The notes: generated by a model from the sequence alone, not told the origin. Positions 20,255 through 29,928 are shown, counted from the first letter of the stretch. The stretch is DNA of 64,000 nt from an uncultured Gammaproteobacteria bacterium (GCA_964535655.1 CAZHTP010000001.1:186862-250861), one strand, 5' to 3'. A program made the numbers and translations.

Positions 20255-21577
20255 ATGGCTGACGCACGAGTAATAGCAGGTATTGATATCGGTTCTTCAA
20301 AAGTTTGTACGATTATCGGACAAGTTAATGAAGAAGATCATACCGTTAACATTTTAGGGGTTTCTACTTCACCTAGCCGCGGCATACGTAAAGGCCAAGT
20401 TGTAGATATAGTAGCCGCGGCTTCTTCAGTTCTTGAAGGTTTAGAAGCTGCGCAGCGAATGGCAGGCTATACTTTGTCTTCTGCGTACATATCGGTTGGC
20501 GGATCTCATATTCTTTCTCAGAATTCACATGCCGTTGTGGCGATTGCTCACCCTGAAGCAGAAATTACCAACGAAGATGTTGCTCGGGTTAGTGATGCAG
20601 CAAAGGCTATTACATTACCCTCTTCACGCGATATTATTCATGTAATCCCGCGTATGTTCATTGTTGATGGTCAAGATGGTATCAAGGATCCTATTGGGAT
20701 GGCTGGCATACGGCTTGAAGTAGATACTCATATTATTCATGGTGCGACGATTAGTATTAAGAACTTAACTAAGTGTATTAATGACATGAAGCTTGATGTT
20801 GAGTCATTTGTCTTTAGTGGGCTTGCTTCAGCGAATGCTGTTGTAACTGATACAGAAAAAGAGCTTGGTGTCGCGATTGTGGATATTGGTGGCGGAACTA
20901 CCGATATTTGTATGTATGTTGATGGCGCACTTGCTCACTCTGCAGTTTTACCAGTTGGAGCCAAAAATATCACTAACGATATCGCGATTGGCCTTCGAGT
21001 TTCACTTGATGCAGCTGAGCAAATTAAATTATTACTTTCTAAAGAACCTCGATTGTTAGTGGAGCCCTTAGGAAATGTGGTAGGCCATAAACCTTTTGAT
21101 CGTGAGGAACGTAAAAAATTGGATGAAATTGATCTTAAGCCATTCCATTTGGGAGAAGAGTTACAATCGGTTTCCCGTAAATTATTGTTAGAGGGGATAA
21201 TTCGACCACGATTGGAAGAAATTTTTGCTCATGTTGCAATGGAATTTAAAAAGTCTGGGTTTCATCACGCAATCCCTGCTGGTGTTGTTGTATGTGGAGG
21301 AGGAGCGCAGACAGTTGGATTAGTCGAAGTTTGTCGAAAAGTAATGGGATTGCCGACTCGGGTCGGTAACCCGACAAGAGTAACTGGTTTGATTGATGAA
21401 ATCCAAAGCCCTGCTTATGCTACTGCAGTTGGATTGTTATTATACGGAGCAGAGGAAGAAGATTCTGTGGTTGAAACACATCATGGTTTCTCAGTTCCCG
21501 GTATCAGTGTTTTGCGTGAAGGCGGGGAAGGAATGATTTCTCAAGTGATGAAGTGGATAAAAGGCTTCTTACCCTAG
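20255..21577 (+). CDS. ftsA: Cell division protein FtsA
   Basis: GIDIGSSKV, DPIGMAGIRLE, VDIGGGTTD, PAYATAVGL and C-terminal amphipathic helix MKWIKGFLP. Start moved to ATG 20255. Confidence 0.96.
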   Translation: MADARVIAGIDIGSSKVCTIIGQVNEEDHTVNILGVSTSPSRGIRKGQVVDIVAAASSVLEGLEAAQRMAGYTLSSAYISVGGSHILSQNSHAVVAIAHPEAEITNEDVARVSDAAKAITLPSSRDIIHVIPRMFIVDGQDGIKDPIGMAGIRLEVDTHIIHGATISIKNLTKCINDMKLDVESFVFSGLASANAVVTDTEKELGVAIVDIGGGTTDICMYVDGALAHSAVLPVGAKNITNDIAIGLRVSLDAAEQIKLLLSKEPRLLVEPLGNVVGHKPFDREERKKLDEIDLKPFHLGEELQSVSRKLLLEGIIRPRLEEIFAHVAMEFKKSGFHHAIPAGVVVCGGGAQTVGLVEVCRKVMGLPTRVGNPTRVTGLIDEIQSPAYATAVGLLLYGAEEEDSVVETHHGFSVPGISVLREGGEGMISQVMKWIKGFLP

Positions 21578-21591
21578 ATACTTGTACTGTT

Positions 21592-22002
21592 ATGGGGACT
21601 TCAGATAACGCATATTCTTACGTTGCATTTTTGGCTTCAACAGTTTATTTTGTTGGGATTTTAGTTGGTCGAAATGAGGAATTAAAACTTAAAATTGAAA
21701 ATGTTTATTCGACTGATTTTGTTTTTTCTTTTGTAAAAGAATTAAAAAAGAAACTAACTGATTCTCAGAATAATAAATTAAGTGATTTAAGTTCTCTGAA
21801 TGTTGCATTTAAGTCTGTATATGATTATTTCTCAAATAATATCTCAGTAGAAATTCTTAGTGCTTTTGATCAAGATTCACTGGAACTGAACTTACGTAAG
21901 GCCATTTCGGTTACTTTACAGGTATTAGAAGGAGAAGAAAGAGATCTCTATAAAAAACAATTATTCGAAATTTATAATAGATATCGCTTAACTGATCTTT
22001 AA
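21592..22002 (+). CDS. Hypothetical AT-rich protein between ftsA and ftsZ
   Basis: Open frame fills the ftsA-ftsZ gap; first ATG after the ftsA stop is 21592; no motif recognised. Confidence 0.5.
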   Translation: MGTSDNAYSYVAFLASTVYFVGILVGRNEELKLKIENVYSTDFVFSFVKELKKKLTDSQNNKLSDLSSLNVAFKSVYDYFSNNISVEILSAFDQDSLELNLRKAISVTLQVLEGEERDLYKKQLFEIYNRYRLTDL

Positions 22003-22025
22003 TACATTTTTATAATTTGTTTCCC

Positions 22026-22054
22026 TTGCATTAACAGTTGTGGCATGTTATTCT
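22026..22054 (+). promoter_or_regulatory. Putative sigma70 promoter of ftsZ
   Basis: TTGCAT-17 nt-TATTCT with extended -10 TG. Confidence 0.55.
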
Positions 22055-22103
22055 CCCAATACGTATTCGTTTATTTTTCTCTTAAGTTTGATCAAATTTT
22101 CCT

Positions 22104-23375
22104 ATGTTTATAAAACCTGATGTACATCGTTTTGCAAAGATTAAAGTAATTGGTGCAGGTGGTGGTGGATGTAATGCGCTTGCGTCCATGATTCAGCTTC
22201 AACAGATTCAAGGTGTTGAATTTGTTGCGGTAAATACTGATGCACAAGCACTGTTAAAAAACCCTGCTGAACAGAAAATACAAATAGGAAATGAAGTCAC
22301 TCGCGGGCTTGGGGCTGGTGCAAATCCTGAAAAGGGACGACAAGCAGCAGAGGAATCTTCAGACGAAATCAAAAAAACCCTCACTGATTCTGATATGGTT
22401 TTTATTACCGCAGGTATGGGAGGTGGAACAGGGAGCGGATCAGCACCGATAATTGCGTCTTTGGCGAAGGAAATAGGATGTTTGACTGTTGCTGTTGTTA
22501 CAAAACCATTCATGTTTGAAGGTGCACGGCGTATGTCTATCGCTGAAGAAGCAATTGATCAGCTAAAAGATAAAGTTGATGCGCTAATTGTTATACCAAA
22601 CCAAAGAATTCTCGATGTTGTAGGGCGAGATACCTCTATTCTTGAAGCATTCAAAATTGTTGATTCAGTTTTGGGACAAGGTGTACAGGGCATTTCTGAT
22701 TTAATTACTATGCCAGGCTTAATTAATGTTGACTTTGCTGATGTGCGAACCATTATGACAAACGCTGGTTCTGCGTTAATGGGTATTGGAAATGGTAAGG
22801 GTGAAAACCGGGCTGTAGCCGCTGCTAAATCTGCTATTTCTTCGCCGCTGCTTGAACTTTCTATTGAAGGAGCAAAGGGAATACTCTTCAATATCGTTGG
22901 TGGCCCTGATATGTCGATGCTTGAGGTTGATGAGGCTGCAAAGATTATATCTCAGACTGCTGATTCTGATGCGAATATTATTTTCGGTGCCTCGATTGAT
23001 GAAAAGATGACCGATCAAATCAGAATTACAGTTGTGGCTACCGGATTTGATGAAGAAAAAAAGAAATTTTCTGAAATGGTCTCGAGCCGACTCAAGAAAC
23101 CGGTAGGATACATGGATTTTTCATCGCAGGCGCCAACCCGTGATGTGAATCAATACGCACAACAACCTTTTGGCAGTTCATCGACTTCGTCAACTCATCC
23201 CTCATCGTATCAATCAGGAATTCCGTATCAAAAACCGATACAGGATCAACGGCCGCCAGTTCAGCATAATCCCCAGCCGCCAGTGTACCAGCCGCAACAA
23301 CAACACAATTCGCAGCAGGAACAAATGCAGGATGATGATATTGATATACCAACATTTTTGAGAAAATCTTCTTAA
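22104..23375 (+). CDS. ftsZ: Cell division GTPase FtsZ
   Basis: GAGGGGCNA, NTDAQAL, GMGGGTGSG, INVDFAD, Q/P-rich linker and C-terminal DIDIPTFLR. Confidence 0.98.
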   Translation: MFIKPDVHRFAKIKVIGAGGGGCNALASMIQLQQIQGVEFVAVNTDAQALLKNPAEQKIQIGNEVTRGLGAGANPEKGRQAAEESSDEIKKTLTDSDMVFITAGMGGGTGSGSAPIIASLAKEIGCLTVAVVTKPFMFEGARRMSIAEEAIDQLKDKVDALIVIPNQRILDVVGRDTSILEAFKIVDSVLGQGVQGISDLITMPGLINVDFADVRTIMTNAGSALMGIGNGKGENRAVAAAKSAISSPLLELSIEGAKGILFNIVGGPDMSMLEVDEAAKIISQTADSDANIIFGASIDEKMTDQIRITVVATGFDEEKKKFSEMVSSRLKKPVGYMDFSSQAPTRDVNQYAQQPFGSSSTSSTHPSSYQSGIPYQKPIQDQRPPVQHNPQPPVYQPQQQHNSQQEQMQDDDIDIPTFLRKSS

Positions 23376-23387
23376 GGAGTTTTTTAG

Positions 23388-24482
23388 GTGTTGAAAAAAT
23401 TGTTCACGTCAGTGGATTATTACATTCTTATACCTGCTTTATTATTAATTTTTTTATCTTTTTTTGTTCTTTCCTCTTTTCAACCTGATTTGGCTAGGTC
23501 ACAAGCATTAAATGCGTTGATTGGCTTACTCCTTTTCTTTTTTCTTAGTATGGGACATCCTGTTGTGTATAAAGGGTATGCCTATTATGGGTATATCGCC
23601 GTGCTTTTCTTGCTCGTTGCGGTATTTGTGATTGGTGAAATTAGTCATGGTGCAAACCGGTGGATTCCTATTATTGGAAATATTCGTATTCAGCCTTCTG
23701 AATTTGCTAAACCGGTACTAATTGTATGCTTAGCAAAGTTGTTTTCTGAACAACGAATTTTCACTGTTAAGTTGTTTTTCACCAGTCTAGGGTTAACTAG
23801 TATCTATTTTCTACTCGTATATAAACAGCCAGACTTGGGAACGGCGATGATGTTTTTAGTTGTATGGGGAATTTTTTTATATCTTTCGGACATTCCTAAA
23901 AAAACATTATTGTTTGGTGTGATCGCTTTTGCGCTTGTGGTTACTATTAGTGGTCCGATTGTATGGCATTCATTACATGATTACCAACGCAATCGGGTAC
24001 TTACTTTTATAGAGCCTGAGCGTGATCCTTTAGGGACAGGCTACAATGTTTTACAATCGATTATCACGGTTGGCAGTGGAGGATTTCTAGGTAAGGGTTT
24101 TGGTAGAGGGACGCAGTCTCATAACAACTTTTTGCCCGAGCAATATACCGATTTCGCGTTTGCAACTTATTCGGAGGAGTTTGGTTTTGTAGGTGTGCTG
24201 GTTTTATTGATACTGTATTCCATACTTCTTTGGCGAATATTTAGAGTAACTGATAGTTTTAAAAGCCGCTTTGCAGTGTTTGTGTGCATGGGGGTAGGCG
24301 CGCTTATTTTTTTTCAGATTTTTGTAAATATCGGTATGAACATTGGTATTGTGCCGGTGGCTGGAATTACATTGCCATTTTTCTCTTATGGCGGTAGCTC
24401 GTTAATTTCATTTTTGGTTTGCCTTGGTCTTATTGAATCGTTTAATAAAGCTAACTCTTCTCTGGATCAAACTGATCGTTGA
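23388..24482 (+). CDS. rodA: SEDS protein RodA
   Basis: GANRWI, IQPSEFAK, QPDLGT, LHDYQRNR, GYNVLQS...VGSGG, PEQYTDF, GITLPFFSYGGSS. Confidence 0.9.
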   Translation: MLKKLFTSVDYYILIPALLLIFLSFFVLSSFQPDLARSQALNALIGLLLFFFLSMGHPVVYKGYAYYGYIAVLFLLVAVFVIGEISHGANRWIPIIGNIRIQPSEFAKPVLIVCLAKLFSEQRIFTVKLFFTSLGLTSIYFLLVYKQPDLGTAMMFLVVWGIFLYLSDIPKKTLLFGVIAFALVVTISGPIVWHSLHDYQRNRVLTFIEPERDPLGTGYNVLQSIITVGSGGFLGKGFGRGTQSHNNFLPEQYTDFAFATYSEEFGFVGVLVLLILYSILLWRIFRVTDSFKSRFAVFVCMGVGALIFFQIFVNIGMNIGIVPVAGITLPFFSYGGSSLISFLVCLGLIESFNKANSSLDQTDR

Positions 24483-24507
24483 CGGTAATAGGCTTATCAG
24501 GTACAAT
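24479..24507 (+). promoter_or_regulatory. sigma70 promoter of rplU, predicted leaderless transcript
   Basis: TTGACG-17 nt-TACAAT; ATG 8 nt downstream with no Shine-Dalgarno. Confidence 0.7.
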
Positions 24508-24515
24508 TCTACGGT

Positions 24516-24815
24516 ATGAAATACGCAATCGTTCAATTTAACGGAAAACAATATAAAGTAGCTGAAGGCGATGTAATCGCTGTTGATGCAAATACAACGG
24601 ATTCTACCCTCAATTTTGACCAAGTTTTGGTTGTTGGTGGGGATTCAGTTCAGTTTGGTGCTCCGTTTGTAAAAGGTGCTGTTGTTAAAGCTACGGTGCT
24701 CCGTGATGTAAAGGGGCCAAAAATCCGTGTTGCTAAGTTTAAGGCTAAATCAAACTATCACCGCGCAACCGGTCATCGTCAACACCTCAAACAGATTCGC
24801 ATTGATTCCATCTAA
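24516..24815 (+). CDS. rplU: 50S ribosomal protein L21
   Basis: YAIVQFNGKQYKV, GAPFV, KFKAKSNY....GHRQ. Confidence 0.97.
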   Translation: MKYAIVQFNGKQYKVAEGDVIAVDANTTDSTLNFDQVLVVGGDSVQFGAPFVKGAVVKATVLRDVKGPKIRVAKFKAKSNYHRATGHRQHLKQIRIDSI

Positions 24816-24832
24816 TCTGGTACAATCTACCT

Positions 24833-26083
24833 ATGCATGACTATTTTTTCGTATTAGGTCGATCTATCGACTTGTGTCGAGCAGAATTCGATGCTCTGAT
24901 CCATTCGTATAAACCTCAAAATGAATTTGAAGTTGGTCCGGTGGTGGTATGTTCTACCGATTCCGAAGTTCCCCTTAAACCGCTTTTAAAGACAGCGGGT
25001 GGTTTGGTAAAGGCTGGTTTAGTTGTCGATTGGTTAAATGCTGATTGCTCCCTCGATGAGCTCGTCACCAAGATTGTTTCCATTCTTCGTACTCACTTTT
25101 CAGATAATAAGAAATTTGCTTTTGGTATTAGTTTGTATGGCACTAAAACTCACCAAGTATCTCCTATAAACTTACACAAAGAAGTTAAGGATGCCCTTAG
25201 TGCTCAAGGAAATCCTTCCGAATTTGTTCTTCCGGAAGGACAGGAACTTACTTCAGTACAACTCGAGAAATACCGCCTTATGGGAGAAAAGGGGGTTGAA
25301 ATAGTCTTAATCTACTCCAAAGATTCCCTGATTGTCGGTTTAACTAAGGCTGTTCAACCATTTGAGACCTGGTCCCAAGCAGATTATGGTCGTCCTTTCC
25401 GAGACGCTAAATCAGGAATGTTGCCACCTAAAGTGGCACGAATGATGATTCAAATTGGTCTTGGTGCATATTATTCAATTTCCCGCAGAGAAGAGGCTCC
25501 CGTAATTTTTGATCCTTTTTGCGGTAGTGGAACTGTTCTTACCGAGAGTCTTCGGCTAGGGTGCCGAGCTGGTGGATCAGATAATTCCGAAAAGGCAGTG
25601 CATGACTCGATTGAGAATGTTACTTGGATTCGTTCTTCTTCATTGTACTCTGGAGAAGATGAACAATCTTCATTTTTTCCCTATACACGGGAATATAATG
25701 TTGAGATAGCGGTGCCAATATTTCAGTCCGATTCAGCACACATCGCTACTGTTTTAACGCCTAAGAGTGTCGATATTATTGTCACGGAGAGCTACCTGGG
25801 GCCAGCGTTTAGTGAGGTACCAACTCCTGGTAAAATTGACCGGATTATTAAAGGGCTTGAGAAGCTTTATATCGGTTCATTTAAGACGTTCCACACGGTT
25901 TTAGCCGATAAAGGAATTATCGTATTTGCCGAGCCGGAATACTTTATGCATGGAAAGAGCTATAAAGTAGGTATTATTGACAATTGTGAGCGTTTTGGCT
26001 ATACTGCAATACGACAACCGATACTTTACAAGCGCGAGAATGCGTTAGTGGGGAGAAGAATCGGAATACTAAAGAAGAAATAG
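24833..26083 (+). CDS. Trm11/Trm14-like class I SAM-dependent RNA methyltransferase
   Basis: GMLPPKVARMM, DPFCGSGT (motif I), GSD, and IVTESYLGP at the motif IV position; N-terminal region may be THUMP-like. Confidence 0.75.
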   Translation: MHDYFFVLGRSIDLCRAEFDALIHSYKPQNEFEVGPVVVCSTDSEVPLKPLLKTAGGLVKAGLVVDWLNADCSLDELVTKIVSILRTHFSDNKKFAFGISLYGTKTHQVSPINLHKEVKDALSAQGNPSEFVLPEGQELTSVQLEKYRLMGEKGVEIVLIYSKDSLIVGLTKAVQPFETWSQADYGRPFRDAKSGMLPPKVARMMIQIGLGAYYSISRREEAPVIFDPFCGSGTVLTESLRLGCRAGGSDNSEKAVHDSIENVTWIRSSSLYSGEDEQSSFFPYTREYNVEIAVPIFQSDSAHIATVLTPKSVDIIVTESYLGPAFSEVPTPGKIDRIIKGLEKLYIGSFKTFHTVLADKGIIVFAEPEYFMHGKSYKVGIIDNCERFGYTAIRQPILYKRENALVGRRIGILKKK

Positions 26084-26094
26084 GAGATAGCACA

Positions 26095-26346
26095 ATGGCA
26101 CATATTAAAGCTGGTAAAACAACAAAAGGTAACAAAGATTCCATTTCCAAGCGACTTGGTATAAAAATGTATGCCGGAGAGAAAGCTCTTGCTGGTAACA
26201 TCTTAATTCGTCAACGCGGCACTCGTTACATTGCTGGGGTGAATACCTATTATGGTAATGACTTTACTATTCACGCTAAAATAGATGGTGTCGTCAAGTA
26301 TGGTACTCGTTTTGGGAAGTCGGTTGTTTCGGTTGTTTCGGCTTAG
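26095..26346 (+). CDS. rpmA: 50S ribosomal protein L27
   Basis: MAH.KAG....N.DS.SKRLG.K, GNILIRQRGT, DFTIHA..DG.V; SD aggag. Confidence 0.97.
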   Translation: MAHIKAGKTTKGNKDSISKRLGIKMYAGEKALAGNILIRQRGTRYIAGVNTYYGNDFTIHAKIDGVVKYGTRFGKSVVSVVSA

Positions 26347-26366
26347 TTTTTTTCTGTACTAGATTT

Positions 26367-26392
26367 AAATCCTCCTTTTAAGGGGGATTTTT
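26367..26392 (+). terminator. Intrinsic terminator after rpmA
   Basis: aaatcctcct-ttta-agggggattt stem-loop followed by Ts. Confidence 0.7.
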
Positions 26393-26490
26393 AGTATTAC
26401 ATTTCCACATTTTCACGATTGCATGTCGTTTTTTTCCTGATATACTAAGTTGTAGTTAGTAACTTTAGTTTACATAAAGGAGCTTTGACG

Positions 26491-27354
26491 ATGGCCGAGC
26501 AGATGGTGTATCTTGATATCGATTTATTACAGCCCAATCCCTTGCAGCCTCGTGGGGTGATCTCTCCTGAGTCACTTGTCGAATTAATTGATTCGATTCG
26601 AGAGCACGGTATTATGGAGCCAATTGTTGTGGCACATACTCCAGCTGGGTATCAAATTATTGCTGGGGAGAGGCGTTGGCGTGCTTCTAAGGCATCAGGG
26701 CTAAAACAAGTTCCGGTAATTATAAAAGAAACAACTCCTCAAGGGATGCTTGAAATGGCAATCGTTGAAAATGTGCAGCGCGTTGATCTTAATCCACTTG
26801 AGCGAGCTCAAGCGTATTATCGCTTAATGAATGAATTTGCGCTTACTAACCAGGAGGTTGCTCAAAAAGTAGGAAAGAGTCCTTCGTATATTTCCAATAC
26901 GCTTCGTCTTTTACAATTGCCTGACGCGCTTAAAGATGGATTATTGTCTAATGCTACTTCGGAAGGACATGTGCGGGCATTAGCAGCTCTTGGTGACTCA
27001 CGGCTGATGGTGGAAGCATATAAGGTTGTTTTGAGAAATAATCTTTCAGTACGTGGTACCGAAGAATTGGTTCGTAATTATCGTTTTGAATCAGAGAAGA
27101 AAAAGAAGGTCAATCCGTTTGATAAGCAGCCTTCAGAGTCTATATCGCATTTAACGGTTAGCCCTCGTTTGGATAAGATGCAAAAGGGTTTGAGTCGTGT
27201 TTTGATGTCGCGAGTTAAGATTACTCAGTCTCGTGTGCAAGCTAAAATTGTGATAATGATAAACGGTACGATGTCAGAAACTAATCCAATTCTGGATAAG
27301 ATGTACGAGGCTTTAACTGGGCAGGATCCTGAAGAATTATACGAAGAAAAATAG
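26491..27354 (+). CDS. parB: ParB/Spo0J chromosome partitioning protein
   Basis: PNPLQPR, IIAGERRWRA (CTPase motif), ENVQR.DLNPLE.A, HTH (QEVAQKVGKSPSYISNTLRLL); SD aaggag before ATG 26491. Confidence 0.93.
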   Translation: MAEQMVYLDIDLLQPNPLQPRGVISPESLVELIDSIREHGIMEPIVVAHTPAGYQIIAGERRWRASKASGLKQVPVIIKETTPQGMLEMAIVENVQRVDLNPLERAQAYYRLMNEFALTNQEVAQKVGKSPSYISNTLRLLQLPDALKDGLLSNATSEGHVRALAALGDSRLMVEAYKVVLRNNLSVRGTEELVRNYRFESEKKKKVNPFDKQPSESISHLTVSPRLDKMQKGLSRVLMSRVKITQSRVQAKIVIMINGTMSETNPILDKMYEALTGQDPEELYEEK

Positions 27355-27355
27355 T

Positions 27356-28450
27356 TTAGGCTACCCACATATTCGCTGTGAAATCGTTCACTAACTTAAG
27401 TTGAAGTATAGCAAAAATGATATAGAGAATGAATCGTAATCGCTTAGATTGGGTTGTTCCTCCAAGCACCATGAACGCAGGAAAGACGACTAATATGTAG
27501 CGAGCCATGCCTACTAAGCTTCCCGACATCAGAGGTATACTAATCATCGCTACACTATACATAAAATAGTTTAAAGAAAGCGTCTTGTATGTTTTTTTAA
27601 GTAACAAGAGTCCTGCGATTGCACAGATCCAATCGAGTACAACATAATTAAACGAAAAGGTGGTAATGAACTCATGAACCACGGGCGCCGCGTCAAATAG
27701 AGCCTTAGTTGGTAATGTGAGTTGACAGCGATTGTTAACAGAACACCACTCTCTTTGGGCTTCAAGGAATAAGAAAGGATTGTTAAATTTTATTTTTAGA
27801 AAGAGCATATATCCTAGAATGCCACTAAAAGAGATTATCATTAGATTAATTTTTCTCCATAGCTTTGTCTTTGTTGTGAGGAAGGCTATTACTATTCCTG
27901 AGCCATTCAAACGAGTTGCGCTACAGAGTCCTCCAAAGAGTGCAGATAGGTAGTACCTTTTGTGTTCAAGCATTAAAAAAGATAGCATGGTCGTCACTAA
28001 GAAAAGATTCTCTGTGTAACTTGCAAGTAAAAATATGGTTGAAGGAAATAGAGCGAAAAGGATGAGGCTTGTTCGTGCATTTATTTCTGAAGTGATTTTT
28101 TTGCACAGTAAATAAAATAAAATAAATACAGTGAGATTAAAGAGTATTGAGAGTACAAATCCTACTGCAATGCTATTGCCGAAACTGGTTATGTTGATAA
28201 GAAGTGGCCATAACGGAAAGAATGCATGCTGAGGGTACTGATATCCTTTTAACGCAATTGATACGTAGTGTCCTGAATCCCAATAAGTCGCCCACGATAG
28301 ATATATCCTTTCGTATACCGTATTTGAACTGTCAGTTATAAAAATATGTTGCTGAATAAATAGTTGATAAAACAACAGGTATGTGCGCCATGCTAAGAAT
28401 ACATATAGTGGAAATTGTACTTTGCCAATGAGTTTAAAATACTTTTCCAT
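27356..28450 (-). CDS. GT-C glycosyltransferase, PIG-V/mannosyltransferase-like
   Basis: WDSGHYVSIA..GY....AFFPLWP, YTENLF, ATRLNG, RY..V.FP; multi-TM. Confidence 0.8.
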   Translation of the reverse strand: MEKYFKLIGKVQFPLYVFLAWRTYLLFYQLFIQQHIFITDSSNTVYERIYLSWATYWDSGHYVSIALKGYQYPQHAFFPLWPLLINITSFGNSIAVGFVLSILFNLTVFILFYLLCKKITSEINARTSLILFALFPSTIFLLASYTENLFLVTTMLSFLMLEHKRYYLSALFGGLCSATRLNGSGIVIAFLTTKTKLWRKINLMIISFSGILGYMLFLKIKFNNPFLFLEAQREWCSVNNRCQLTLPTKALFDAAPVVHEFITTFSFNYVVLDWICAIAGLLLLKKTYKTLSLNYFMYSVAMISIPLMSGSLVGMARYILVVFPAFMVLGGTTQSKRLRFILYIIFAILQLKLVNDFTANMWVA

Positions 28451-28459
28451 TCGGTTATG

Positions 28460-29047
28460 TTACTCTTCTGGATATCTGTGCTCGGGGTCAAAACCTAGTC
28501 GATTAAACGGCCAATACACAAACCAAGCTTTTCCTATGATTGCGTCTTTTTTAAGGGGCCCCCAGGCACGAGAATCGTACGAGTTTAACCGATTATCTCC
28601 CATCACCATATATTCACCTTGGGGGACAATATCTGCTTCACCTTCTTTAAACACCACTCCACCTTCAGTGATCTGGGTTGTATCCAAATAATCTTCTTTC
28701 AACAAGAATCCGTCTGGGTGTTTTGAATTATAAATCTTAACAGTGTTGTGGCTTATTTCTACTTTTTCGCCAGGTAAACCGATGATTCGTTTAATATAAT
28801 CTTTTTTTGGATCGACAGGTGCTTTAAAGGTTATAACATCGCCACGTTGCAGTTCTTTGGTGCGGTAGACTATTTTATTGGTTAAGATTAGCTCGCCATC
28901 TTTTAACGTAGACATCATAGATTGACCGGAAACTTTATGAGGCTGTACAACAAATCCGTAAATGATTAAGAAGAAGGCGAATGCAACGATAAACGTTTGA
29001 GTGATATCGAGGACAAACATTAAGAGATCATAAAAATAAGATTTCAT
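28460..29047 (-). CDS. lepB: Signal peptidase I
   Basis: VSGQSM (Ser), YIKRIIGLPGE (Lys), MGDNR.NS.DSR.WG. Confidence 0.95.
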   Translation of the reverse strand: MKSYFYDLLMFVLDITQTFIVAFAFFLIIYGFVVQPHKVSGQSMMSTLKDGELILTNKIVYRTKELQRGDVITFKAPVDPKKDYIKRIIGLPGEKVEISHNTVKIYNSKHPDGFLLKEDYLDTTQITEGGVVFKEGEADIVPQGEYMVMGDNRLNSYDSRAWGPLKKDAIIGKAWFVYWPFNRLGFDPEHRYPEE

Positions 29048-29090
29048 ACGTTTTAATTGTACTGAACTTTCTCCTTGGATTGCAAGGTAT

Positions 29091-29912
29091 CTATTTGGTA
29101 GATCGGGGAACGCGAAATTGTCGATTTCCGAAGTGTGTTAATCCTTCCGCTATCAGCGCTGCTTTCATAATTTGAACATATTCTGAAAAACTGCGATTAC
29201 TGACGGCATACGGTGACGTACGTTTTTCTTGGACGGCTTCAATGTATGCCTTAGAGGTTAGTTCATTCATGTAGACAGCTGTGTTACCGTTTCCCACATG
29301 GTGCGCTTCGTGGTAATCAGTAAAAGAAAAAGGAGCCAATTTAAGAGACGTATTGTAATTATGAATTCCTTTTTCCTGTTTTGCTCGTTTCCAAAAGAAT
29401 GCTTGGCACATCCAATTGTACACTTCTATACCTATGTTTTTATGGTATCTAGGAGGAATTTTACTTAATAAATCTTCAATGTTTTGTAGGCTAATTCCTT
29501 TTAGTGGTGCTACTTCAGGGTGCGGAAATATAATTATTGCATTGTAGCTGTCGATGTATTCTTCAATTAATTCAGATGGAGTAGGGCGTCGCGGCGGCTT
29601 TTTAAAATTGGCTATAAAATTTTCGGCATGGGGACGGTCGGGGATAGTAACTAATAGATCTCCTAAAGTGGTGCTTATTTCAACCGCAGGAATCGGTAAA
29701 ATTATCATTTTATGCTTATTAATTTTGTCGGCATAGTCTAAAAAGCGAGGTAAATTGGAGATTACATTGTGATCTGATAAACCGATTATCTGTAAGCCTT
29801 TTTTGACAGCAATATCAATAATTTGTTCGGGTTTGTTAAGCCCATCACTTGCATTTGAGTGTCCGTGTCCATCATACAAGTACACATTGTATTGCGCATT
29901 GTTAATTTGCAT
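29091..29912 (-). CDS. PHP-domain phosphoesterase
   Basis: DGHGHSNASDG, SDHN, EIST, PHP and TDYH metal-binding motifs. Confidence 0.85.
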   Translation of the reverse strand: MQINNAQYNVYLYDGHGHSNASDGLNKPEQIIDIAVKKGLQIIGLSDHNVISNLPRFLDYADKINKHKMIILPIPAVEISTTLGDLLVTIPDRPHAENFIANFKKPPRRPTPSELIEEYIDSYNAIIIFPHPEVAPLKGISLQNIEDLLSKIPPRYHKNIGIEVYNWMCQAFFWKRAKQEKGIHNYNTSLKLAPFSFTDYHEAHHVGNGNTAVYMNELTSKAYIEAVQEKRTSPYAVSNRSFSEYVQIMKAALIAEGLTHFGNRQFRVPRSTK

Positions 29913-29928
29913 AAGAACAATCCTTTGA

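Noticed and set aside
23100-23340. Q/P/S-rich low-complexity stretch in ftsZ
   Set aside because: This is the ordinary disordered FtsZ linker before the conserved C-terminal peptide.
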